From: Sphagnum compactum
Lineage: Eukaryota
Assembly (NCBI GenBank): GCA_965153455.1
Contig: OZ234494.1
Location: forward strand, 11,842,001 to 11,906,000
Length of the DNA: 64,000 nt
Direction of reading: 5' to 3'
Made by a program: the position numbers and the translations under genes. This document shows, piece by piece, positions 42,101-54,300 of this stretch (position 1 is the stretch's first letter; every line of letters starts with the position of its first letter). Under the pieces are notes generated by a model. The model was given only the letters and a program-made list of their open reading frames with translations, ran no database searches and was not told where the DNA came from.

Positions 42101-43541
42101 CAGGTTTATGCAATGACATATGAGCTTATTGTTAACCTAATGGTGTGCTGCAGAAAAAGGGTACTTTCTATGTTAGCACACTGATCATTCCAAAGCAGGA
42201 AGCAACATCAGATTCAGTAAGTAACATTATTTGGTGCCAAGGATCCATACATATTCTACAGTAGTTTGCCAATAATTTTTAGGGCTCTTCTTGTGTACAT
42301 CTGTTTTCTTGTGTACAAAAGGGTTTAAGGTGTAGTTGTGCAGTTAGAAGGCTCAATCTACCACCCTACAGGAATTGTGTTTTGGTAGTGTTCTCATCTA
42401 ATTCCACTGGTTGTTCTTAACTTGACTTTGCATGTTGTGTATGCCAGTGTCAGACTGTTAATGAAGAAGAGATCTTTGATACTCAAGACCAGAGAGGTCT
42501 ATTCCAACTGGGATGGATTCATGTAAGTAAAAGTGCAGTTTATGTGGGAGGGGTAGTATTGGATTGCAAGATGTTTCTGTTATCCTCAGAACCTTTTGTA
42601 GGTGCTGTGTCTAGTGTGTTGCGCAATTGTTGGTACTGTTTCTTGTTTGATAAAATTGATTGATATTCATTTGCAAGATGTTGATTAACAAGGAGACTTG
42701 CATATGTTGCTGTTTGCTGACTTGTCTGCTTTGTGTCCAGACTCATCCATCACAAACCTGTTTTATGTCATCCATTGATCTCCACACTCACTATTCTTAT
42801 CAGGTAAGAACTTCAAATCTATACTTGCTTGGGTTCAGCAGGCACTCGAAACTGGTGCTTTGATGGGCAATAATTTGATCTGTCTCATGCCATCAAAGAC
42901 GGGAAAGATTAGAAGAGTAGACCTTGAATGCTGATGGTAGTACTGTCTCACCATTTTTGGATGCCCATTCTCATCAGGGTACATGTGTTTGGTAGTGGCC
43001 TTTCAGTCTGAGACTGCACTATGAAGGCAGAGATTCTGGGTTCAGTCTGACTCTGTATGGCCTACTGCATTTGTGTAGAGCCTTGAACAAATGTAGTCTA
43101 GGTTGTTGTGACTGACCTTCTAGTAATGTAAGTTTTCAGTGGTAGTTATGCAGGTACTTTTGGTTATGAGTTTGGTGATATTTCTGGTGTTTTGATCCAT
43201 GTGTACTTGAATCTCTACAACAGATCATGCTGCAGGAGGCCATTGCAATTGTGATGGCACCAACAGACCCCTCTCGGTATGATGTGTAAAGCCTTACAGA
43301 CCTTCATCATGGAAATCTATTTGTTGAGAGATGGATGCTTGACACTTCCCTGTATTCATGTTGCAGGAAGTATGGTATATTCCGTCTGGCTGATCCTGGG
43401 GGCGTGAAAGTTCTTCAGCAATGTCAAAGGCGTGGTTTCCATCCCCATGAAGAGCCTCCGGATGGTGGTCCCATTTATGAGCATTGCTCCCATGTGCTTA
43501 TGAACCCAGGTCTGCCATTTGAGGTCCTTGATCTTCGTTAA
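39111..43541 (+). CDS. AMSH3: AMSH-like ubiquitin thioesterase (STAMBP/AMSH1-3 family), 14 exons, about 506 aa
   Basis: Exons 39111-39215, 39356-39420, 39632-39704, 39898-40086, 40348-40445, 40797-40905, 41061-41107, 41226-41541, 41818-41907, 42154-42216, 42448-42522, 42741-42803, 43224-43276, 43367-43541. N-terminal YYRTADNLLKQASIYREE; JAMM region NLETCGVL and [21 protein letters not shown]. Central exon edges and the AMSH1 versus AMSH3 assignment are less certain. Confidence 0.9.
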
Positions 43542-44290
43542 TTCTGTGTACAGAGGTCACATTCTTGTATTCACCTACAATTGAGTGAGATATCAAGCCA
43601 GACGTTTCAACAGCAGTTAAAGATCTCCCAACCTGCTTTATGTCTGGCTGAGGGTGAGAAAAAGCATTCAGCTCTCAGGCCCTTAATGGGCCATTTCCAG
43701 TGTTTTTTGTGGTAGGATGTAACTACTTAATGGCTCCAGCTGCCAGATGCCTTCTCAAGAGGGTGCATCACACCACTGTATGCCTGATTTACAGCCCCAA
43801 AATGCAGGGTCTTTGTTGCCATTACTTATGTTGAGCTATTGAGAGATGTTTATATGGCAAAATTGTAGTCAGTTCCCAGATTCCTGCACCCTAGAAGGTG
43901 TGCAGCACTGCTGGTGTGAATGATATAAGTACTTTTGGAGGAACTGTGAGAGGTGAATGTAGCTGCAGATGCCTGCTCCAAACCCTGGGATGTTTTCTTA
44001 ATGCGGAACGAAACAAAAGTTACTGAGGGAGTGGTGGGGTTTGGGGTGTGAGTGGGGAAAGAAGGTTGTAGGCTATCGTGTTCAATAAAAGATGAAAGGA
44101 GTCTGATTGTGGTTAGCGTTATGTATAGGAGGAATTCGTTATGGTGTGGTATGAGAAGTTGTTTGTGGATTCTTTATAAATGGTGTTTCCAGGTTCCCTT
44201 TGGCCAATTATGCCTTCAAGGAGGGGATAAGGCCACCCATCATTCGTTCTATACTTATGTCAACAATTCATCTACGATATGTATTGCTGC

Positions 44291-44554
44291 TTCCGAGAAA
44301 AGGTTGTTGGAGTTTTGGACTGAACCCAACAGAACCCAATTTCAAACTTTTTTCTTTCCTTGGACTTGTTTTGTCAAAATGGAGTTTCAAGCTACTTACT
44401 TTTTGTTTCAATTGCGTCTACAGTATGTGATTCTTGGTCTGAAGAAAAGGTTGCTGGAGTTTGGACTGCAACCCACAGAACCTAAGTTCCAAGTTTCTGA
44501 GTCTTCATGCGTCGAATTATTTTGTCAAAATGGGAGTTGCAAGCTACTTACTTT
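44291..44554. repeat. Two-copy direct duplication downstream of AMSH
   Basis: GAAAAGGTTG.TGGAGTT..GGACTG...TTTTGTCAAAATGG...CAAGCTACTTACTTT occurs twice. Confidence 0.8.
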
Positions 44555-46459
44555 GGGTATCAACCAATGTTGTGCAGGGCAAAGTAATTAAGTGTAAGGT
44601 CTATGGTCCTTTCTAATGGTCTGAAATCACTTCAGAAATTATGCAAACTTGGCCTAACTTTTATTGCAAAGGACTTGCAGTTGTTTCTCTTTTTTCTTTT
44701 GTCAGTTCCCAGTTTGACGGTTTCTTAATGAACCTTTGGTTCTGGGACCAATATGGGGCTGGTCTTTTGGTCTCAGTTTTCTTACATAGTTTTGAAGCCA
44801 GTTTCGGGTTATTTTCATATTTCAATGTTGGATTTTTTAAAAACAATCTAAAAGGGAAGTGTATCCATAGAAAATTTCTTTATTATATATCTACTACATG
44901 TCTAGTCGAAGGGAAGTGTTTGGGTCAAATTTTTAATTACAAAATAGTTTAGAAATAAAATATGACCACTATTCCAAGCATTCACCATGATTGAGTCACC
45001 CACATTGTGTCCAACAATAGATCGTCAAAATATCCAAGCACAACAGGCGCAAGTTCAAATCTTAAAATGATTTAGGTTTGCTTATCATGTGCACTTCCAT
45101 AATCCTTTCTAGTAACTAGGGGAAAAAGTCCCATCTACAACAAGTTGCAAGTGTGTGCAAACTTTGGGGCTATAGACTCCATTACTCCTAACAAAAGATT
45201 TAATTGATTTTTGTCTTGGGCATCACCTGCCAATAACAATTCGGGTCCAAAAGAAAAATAAGAATTAGCAACATTGTAAACATTTATTACAAATTAATTG
45301 GTTAAAGAATGAAGAAATAAAAATACATGTTCTTCCAAAAGTATTATACAATCCAAAAATATTGAAAATAATAATAAATAAATAAATAATTCCGCAAGCA
45401 TTTTCCAAAAAGTGATTGTAGCTATGCATTCTCGAAAAAACCTTCCTTTTCAATTAAAATTTCATTCTCCTCCAGCAAGTTTTCCTCATGGCTTATGAAA
45501 GTGGAAATAGACTCCTCGCCTCCCAAACAACTGAGATGAACATCATTGGGCCAATTTTTGGTAATCATCACAAGATGTTGTAAGTTTTCATTTCCAAGTT
45601 TAGATCGATAGAGACTTGTGATCACACTTGCAATAATAAAAATCCTTTCAGTCTCAATTTGATATTCAACAATCCCTAGCACTTGATGTGATAAAAAGGA
45701 GACATTTAGAAATGGAGTTTCATGTGTTGCCCACCACAAGAGAGGATTTTTCGCTTTTAATGAGTTGACATGAAAGAGGTGAAAGAAATGGAATTCATTT
45801 TTCATAGTAAAGAAGATAACATCATCATTAAAAACATCTTGACCAAAGAAATCCTCCTCCTTGTGATTGAATATTTGGCCAACTTGTACATTAACATGGT
45901 TTAAATGATAATAAACATGTAATAACATGGTCAACATTGTTTTTTTATCATACTCTTGAATTGTTGCTTGTGCCTTAGAAACATCCCCAAGAAACTCTTG
46001 AATGGTTTTCAAGCTTTTGAATCGAGGTCTAACATGATAAAGTTTCATATTGTGAACCTTGGTAGGTAGGAATATGGTTGTAACAAAAGCAAGGAAATGG
46101 GCTAGAAAGCTAACCACTTGGTTCAACATCCTTAGCTTGAAAGCACGAAATTTTGATTCAAAGACTAGATTATTAGTTTGGATCAATTAGACCTTGGTTT
46201 TCATGGTTATACTTAAGGAAAAGGTAGAAATTAGAGCATCTAAAGTAGCTAGTAGTCACACATTGTTTCACCACCAACATCAAAGTCTCGGTGATGACCT
46301 TTGCAATTGCCCACGTTTGGTTGGTTGGCATTCATGAAAATAAGTTAATGGTAGCTTGCTTACCATAGCAAATTAAAATTTCATCTTGGTATTGAAGCCT
46401 TTTTTGAAAGAAAAATACCTATGAAATAAACCATGTCTTCATGAGTGTTTTCAATATCT

Positions 46460-47088
46460 GAGTATTTGCATGCTAGAGTGGATCATTTTTGGCATTGTAA
46501 GTCCATTTTTGTAAGCACCCCTATGGATTAGAATTTTTCTCATGTTAAATGTTATTAAATTTTATGAAAAGGGACTTATGTATGTGATTTTTATATAATC
46601 TAATGTGATAGAATCTTGAAATTATTTGAAATTCAATTTTCTACACCAAATGGGGGACTTTTAATTGCATACTAGTTGGAGTGTTATAATATATAAAGGA
46701 TGTGTAAATGGACTCACCATATGTTGAGCTTCTAATGAACAAAATTCATGTTCTCTCCAAAATTCAAAAAATGTGGTTACTAATTTAAAATGGGTGTTTG
46801 CAAATCATTTGAATGTCACATAAAAGTTTTATGGACTTTACATAGGCCAAAAATTGACGAAAATGGTAAAGTCCCTCATTATCACATTTTTATGAATTAC
46901 TAAATTTTTTTCACAAACATTATAGCCTATGATGTATTACATGGTCATGTATCATTTGTTTCTGAAAAAGATGAACATTTTTATAAGTTTATAACTTTAC
47001 AATTTTAAGCATGTAAAAAATACATTGTGAAATGTACTTTTAAGGAAAAAATTGGTCAAAAATGATCCACTCTAGCTTGCACATATCC
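46460..47088. mobile_element. Non-autonomous TIR element (MITE-like, about 629 bp) inserted in the hAT ORF
   Basis: GCTAGAGTGGATCATTTTTG at 46472-46491 is exactly inverted at 47057-47076 and extends imperfectly to about 30 bp. Flanks are ATCT and ATCC. Excision restores the transposase frame PPR-ILKT. Confidence 0.8.
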
Positions 47089-47436
47089 ATCCGGGGAGGG
47101 AGACCTACAATAACACAATCATCTTTCCATTCCTGCAACTTTTTTGCTAATTTCTTTGTCCACGTTATGGTCTTTTGGAGTGTCGTTTGTGACGGCTTCA
47201 AACTCATTTCCATTATGCCTTGACATGTCTTGGAATCATGTGTGGCATATTGGGTAGCCTTTGACATAACATGCTTGAAATAAGACCCAACAAAAGGGCT
47301 AACCAACTTTAAAGAATGACACAACACTATTGAAGTTAGAGCAATGGTGAGGAATGCAAGGTCAGAGCTTTTGTCCATGACGTATGTAATAACCTTGTCC
47401 AATAGACCAAAAGACCCTAGTAACCCTTTCATTGGT

Positions 47437-48337
47437 TGACACGCCCCCTAACTCCTTAAGGAACCCAAATGTGGGTCCAAAGTGAAACAATGGAAAAGGA
47501 AAGGAGTTGGGGCATGTTCTTTAGCTTGTAGCACTTTGGGGTAGGAAGGCGTGTTGGAGTTCCGGGATGGGACTAGGACAAATTCACAAGCAAAAGTTCA
47601 AGATGAAATCAACCTACACAACCAAGGAAAAAGGGTGGTTAGTGCAAGTTGAATGCAAGTGGTGTGAGGGACTTAGTAGGGACAACCTTTAACACAAGCT
47701 TTACATGGCCTGCAACCTTTGGGAGGAGGCACAACTCCCTTCCCTATAGTATACTATGTGACTCTTTGCAGGGGTTACATCCAAATGACACTTTTTCCCA
47801 AGACTCCCAAAATTGGGACCTTTGTTGTCCCAAAACTTTGGATGCTCATATCTTTTTCAAATCAAAACTATTTGGAGCATGTGAGGGCACTATCTTATAT
47901 CCCTCAAAAAGATCTTTTCAAACGTGTATCACACGCCCTAATCAAAGATCATTTGACCCCTGCTCTAAGGGGATTTGTGATTGAGAGTCAAATTCCCAAT
48001 TTGACTCCTGCCCTTTCTTTTGATCATAATTCATGCATATTAGGTTTAAATGAACAATGCAAGAGCACTTTAGGCATCTACACTTCAAGACCTTTTCAAT
48101 GGTATCCTAGGGGCCCAATTTGGTGCTTGTTTGTTTTTCCAACCAAGACTCTAAACATTTGAGACTTTCGCATGAATGCAACTCTCAAAGTGGGAGTGCA
48201 CTTAGGAGTCATTGGGCTTCATCCCTTGCACTCTCTCCTATTTTTGAGAGTATGTTTCTCACCCAAACACACTTTCTTGGCCTCATAAACCCTTGCATTC
48301 CACATTTAGTCGCAAACCCAATGTTAGGGTTGCAACA
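47437..48337 (-). mobile_element. LTR-like insertion (about 900 bp) in the hAT ORF
   Basis: On the minus strand it starts TGTTGCAACCC and ends GCGTGTCA, resembling the termini of the solo LTR at 34922. It splits the transposase between VTKE and MKGLL. No matching TSD is seen. Confidence 0.75.
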
Positions 48338-51300
48338 CTTCTTTTGTCACATAAACACTTAAAGTATTTTGCACCGCAAACAATCCAATTGTTATGTGAT
48401 TTAGATGCCATGCATCATCAATAAAACTCACCATCATTGCAAAAGTGTCATAGCTTACACATGACATCCACAAGTCAAATGAAATTGTGGAAGAAACACA
48501 CCAAGCCAAAGTTGGAAACACATGAATTTCTATAGCTTTTGTAACAATATTAGGCAAAACATCTTTCACCAATTGGTGACAAGATGGAAACACAACTTTG
48601 CCATTTTGATGCATAACTAGTCACTTCAACCATGGAGTCTTGATTGAAGATAAAAGGCGATACCCTTTAACAATATAAAGAGACAAATATTTCAAGAATG
48701 TTTTTTGAGCAAGGTCATTTTTGGAATTTGACACCTTACTCCCAAAGAATGCAATAATTTTAAACAACATTATACCTTTGCACTTCTTATGTTTTTGTTG
48801 ATTTTCAAGTTCAAAATTCTTCTCTTGTTGCTTTAGGACATAGCCCCCCCCACCTTTTAGACTCCTCCACATGATCACATGCAACATGCTTGCTTAAAGT
48901 AGAGGTACCATTTTCCTTGTTGTATGCAATGAATCCTTTAATGGGGATTATGTTGCCATTTAATGCATGAACATTAGTTTGTTTCAAGGGACATATAATG
49001 TGTCAAAGTCGTTGTGGATTACATGAAGTTGTAGCACCACCATTGTTTGGCACAAAAAATGCCCAAAAACACAACATCCACGTCAAGGTTTGATGATGCT
49101 TTGGAATTGCCATCAATAATAAAAACTCCAAGGTTGGCTTTTTCGATGTCTATGTTGTCAAATATAGAATTCAGATGGGTTTGGCTTGTTGAAGCCATAA
49201 AACTTGCAAATTGAAAACAAATGAACCCTTCATCATTTATCATGTGCAAATGTAATGCCATCAATTACAGGGTCTTCAACTTATAAACAATTAATAATGT
49301 TTAAAGAATAAACATTCATGATCAACATTTTTTTTTTGACAAAATTTCAAATTGTGGCAACAACTAATTCTGGAAACCTTTTTAGGTTTCTAGGTTTTCA
49401 ATGCAAATTTGACTAAAAGTAGTGTTCTTTTACATATGTTGCCACTTTTTCAACTTCAAAGAACTGAAAAAAAATCCCTACTCATGAACTAGTTGAAACA
49501 ATTCTTAATACTAGATTTTGGTTCATTATTTTCTTAAGTCATGGTACCATAAATCCATACCATCATACTAATGGAAAAAGAAGAGCAAATCCCTTAGCTA
49601 CAACCTAATATTCTACATTTGCAAAACAACTTGCTTCCCCATCAATTTTCCAAATAAATTGCATGATTATTTGAGAAAAAAAAATCATAGAAGATAAGTG
49701 AATGGGACAAAAACAAATCTAGAGAAAAATAGTTTCTTTAGAAAAATCTAAATATTTGACATATGTTTGATAGTATGAAGATGGCCATAATGTTGGGGTG
49801 ATGTTTCATCTAATCTATTTTTTATTTATTTTTTGTGTATTGACTAAAAATTCAACAAACAAATCATTTGTTGATGTAAATTATTCAATTTGTGAATTTA
49901 GATATGGCAACAAAATTTTGTAAACATATCTTTTTGTGGTTTCCAAAGTTGACCAATATTGATTTTCACTAAAGGTGAGAAACCATCCATTGTTGATGCA
50001 CATGGTTGTACTTTGATTATACAAAGGCAATATTGTTCTATTTGTGGTATTTGTAAATATAGTCCTTGTGGACAAAGGCATATTTCATTTATAATTGATG
50101 GAAACAACTTGGTTAGTTATCACAAAGGGAGGTGGGCATGTGACCAATTTTCAAGTTGGTTCTCTTTCTAAACACTATTGGGTATCAAATTAAGTGATAC
50201 CTAGATTAATAACTGCCCCATCAATTCTCATTTCAATGAAAACTAACCCTTAAGAATTAGCTCCATTGAAGATTTTTCAAAAACTTGATACCCAAGTGGT
50301 GTAAAAGGGTTTTACTTGGGTCCAATTCTCAAGTTACTAGGACGTGTAGAGGTGTAGGTAGTTAAGGTCTAAAGTGTTAGGTAAAGTCTATGTTTCTGTT
50401 TTAAAGACTAGGGTTTCCAAGGCTTAGGGTTTAAGTTAGAAATTATGGTATCCAAGGAAAGGTATCTTAGTGGCACCCAATAGTATTGCAACAATTATGT
50501 CATGGGACTTTCAAGTTTCGGAAACAAAATGTTGTTAGATTGCATTTTGATCTTTTTAATTTTTATTTTAAAAACTTTAAGCAAAAAAAAATTTATCAAA
50601 TGAAAAAATGATAACTCGGTTCTGAAGCTTGATTTAGATAATTAATTGTTCTTCAATTTATGAAAATTAGAATTTATGCACAGTAAAATAATTCCAAAAC
50701 TTTAGTACATTAATATTTTGGAAAATTCTTTAAAGTTTGAAAAACTTTATTAAAAGAAGTGAGCTAATTCTTAAAACCCTTTTAAAAATCAAAACCAATA
50801 ATTCTTAAAAAACATGAGGATTCCCCAACATTATTTGTCACTTGCCTTCAATCCATAAAACTTTGATGTGTTTTGTACCCTTACACTCCCAAGTCCATTT
50901 TCTTGTTTTTGATACAATGTGTGCTCTAATTTGGTCACTATTAACCACTAGGGCTACAAGAATGTCATAAGTTTTTACAAGGTAAACAATTTTGTAACCC
51001 ATGTTTCACCCTTTCTAATTCCAATCATTTAGGGCCAAATCTGTAACCAAGAATTCAGTTTTCGCTCCATTTGAAATATTCAACTTGTAAGAAATAAGAT
51101 AACACACTTGAAGGTGGTACTGGAGTCTATGATTGATTAATGCACTAATTTATGTTGGTATTTTGGGTTTCACATCACATCTACATCCAGTTTTTTCACA
51201 TGGATTCGAAATTGAAAGTTGTTTGTTTTGGGCGTTAAAAAACCCATTTAATCATTGTGTTTATAATACATCGGAACTTCACCTTGCGAGTCTTGGATGA

Positions 51301-54300
51301 AGTTTGGATGAACAAGTAATCAATCAATTATTACATGCTCTTTAATGCATTTTTTGCAAACGCGAAGGTTTTCACAATGTTGTGTTAATGGGTGAAAGCA
51401 CACTATGGTGACCCCCTTTAAAGCACTTTTGGGTTTAATATTATAAAACATATAATATAATTGTTCCAAAAGTATGGTACATTTAATTTTGGGTACAAAT
51501 TTTGGTTTTTGAGCCTTATAATTATTATTTTTACAAAATTAATGTTATGTAATAATTTTTTTAAAATAAAAAAATTCATTATTTATATTGAAAGATTTGT
51601 GGGTATATTTATAATATACATTGGTATTATAAGACCATTATTTGGTTTTGACTGCATTAATTTTGAGGTTTCATTATTTTCATTAAAATAATCAATTTTA
51701 ATGGAATTGAAAATATGGCCCATTTAACTATGCTTGTCATCTTCCATGTGAATGTGATTACTTGTTAAAGTTTCAATTTACCACACATTTATTACATCTT
51801 TGCTAAAAAACTCATATTGTGAAATGAAATTTTCAAATTAATCACATGGTATCTAAACATGGTTCAAACTATGTGAAATGACATGGTTCAATCTACCTTC
51901 AATTTTCATAAAGATTATAAATTATTTAAATTATTTCTGAAATATATTTGTGTTTTTGAGTACATTGGTACACCACATTTGTTTCTACAAATATACTCCA
52001 ATCTCTCACTTTATAAAATGAAATGAAATAATTTCTTTTCTAGTATCTTGTTTAGATTATATTTTAACATAATATGCAAAAATATTGTAAAATTATTTCA
52101 AAAGTTTGAGGTGAGATACATTCAAAAATGCACACCCCTTCAAAGTAATACAATATGACATTCCAAAAAGGGTCATCGTAATATGCTTTCACCTTAATTT
52201 TCTTTTTTCATGACTTCAATCTTTTGATCCATTTCATTTCATTTTGTTGTTCTATTTGTGTTTGCATTTTGCTTCTCATGTCTTTTATTTCAAGTATTGA
52301 TGAATCCAATTTTGTGCAGCCTTGAAATTTGTTAAAGTTATAACCACTATGTTAGTGATATAAGTAGAATAGTTAACATTATAGGAAACTTGTAAGTTGA
52401 TGTAACTTAGAATGTGTCAATAACATCTATTCCAATTAGCCAAGTATGTGATACTTCAACTAACGAGTGGAACAAGAATTTAAAGAATATATATATTTAG
52501 GTGAATAACTTCAAATATATATATCTAACAATCTTCTATTTCTTTCCAATACTTGCACATTGTCTTTCACCTTTGTCTTGTTTGATCTCCTGGTTTAACA
52601 ATAGATTTGCAACATATTTTGTGAACTACTCATTGGTTGTTTTGCTTTTTTGCTTACTTTGAAAATGATCCATTTGGTAGAAATCTATGAATGTTATAAG
52701 CTAAACTCTTTTTCCTCACTTGTGATTTTCTTGGAGATCTAAAAGTAAATGTATTTTGGTGTGACTTTTCATTTCTCATCTATCATTCCATACTCAACAA
52801 AAGCCTTACAAATCAATCATCAAGCATTTAGGCAAATAATTACACATCACCACTCTAATGTACACCATTTTTCTAACAAAAGAGAACATGAACCTTGTGT
52901 ACTCACAAAGTATCTACCTATACCTCCATCCTCTTGCATGCATCAAGCATAATTTGGTATTTTAGGTAACAATGGGCTTGTATAGTATTTTGAGAGACAA
53001 TGAATTTGAGTGTCCTTAGCAAGTGAGCAAGGTTGAGTTCATTGCATGAAATTGGGTATTAGTTCTTTGCAGTGTATGTATTTATCTTGAAGATTGCATG
53101 CCACACTTCTAGCAAGATTTTGTCAATAACATGTAAATGGCATGTGTATGCTATCAAATCAAACTAGACTTGATACAAATCAGTTCCGTTTGATCTAGTC
53201 AATAACCAAAATTGGTTAGATCAATTGCATGCATGTAATGAATGGTGGTTCGCGGGCCAATTGGATTGAACTTTCAAGCACTTGACTAGTGGGCCCATGT
53301 GCCATTGGCCCAAGTATATTAAACCTTCTCTAAGGTCACCCATCTCAATACTATTCCATTGAAGTTTGTTTAATTTTAGAGTTTTTATGGAACCTTGATA
53401 AATGAATTGTGAAAAAACATTTAAAAATAATTCCAAAAACCATAAACAAAATTTCAAATTCAAGAACTTTTTCTCCATTAGTATGAAATTACAAAATGAC
53501 AAACATGCACATCACCTCATTGAGAGCTTTCCAATGGCACCTAAACAAAACAAGGGTTAGAGCTTGTTTTGTTAATATATAGAGTATAGATGAAGTTGTT
53601 GTGGCACATTTGCTGGAAATTAATTTGTGTTGTATGACTCATGCCTGCTTGGTCCTTGCATCCAACTACACTCACGTCCAGCATCAAGACATGTACTTTG
53701 CACCGAAGTTTGAAAAGTTAAAGGGGAGGGGGCTAGAGTGATTTGCAACTCCATGCCAATAGAAGAAACATGGTTTCAGAGTTCTTTTCTAAATGAAAGT
53801 GGCCATGATTATTCCTTTTTTGTATTTGATATATTGAGGTTTTTTTTTTTAATTCAATTTTTGTGATGTAGCACAAGTGGAAAACTTCCCAACAAAGATT
53901 CAGCATTAATTGGCAGCATATTTTTAGAAAACTGTCCAAATAATAGAAAATTTCCCCACCCCCAAAAAAAGAAGAAAAAAGAGCACCAAAACAATATTAA
54001 AATACTTTGTCAAAATTTGATGAAATGTTTTCCCTCAAAAAAGTTATTTTCTCAAAGTTTGGTGAGGATATTTTGAAAGAGCAAGCACAATTAGAATTTT
54101 CCATGGGTATGAGCTAAGTCAATTAGTTGAAGCCAACGTGTTCTTTTCATACAAGATGGGGAATATAATAGCGAGAGTTTGGGAACACCAATTTTCAAAA
54201 CAACTAATAACAACAGACGAAACACAAAGAACTTTTGGAGCAACAACTATGGGTAACTAAACCCTAAACCTTTGTACTACACCTTGCTCCTTGAGAGTTT

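Larger units (their letters stand above)
45422..49100 (-). mobile_element. Decayed hAT-family transposase interrupted by two insertions
   Basis: BED-finger-like remnant near 48880-49070 (WAFF..., KENGTSTLSKHV). VFPS..QLV and TISFDLWMS (48324-48614). LKTLMKTWF near 46430-46455. hATC dimerisation-like NPLLWW...QIETERIF...RSKLG (45422-46186). Element TIRs not located. Confidence 0.85.
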
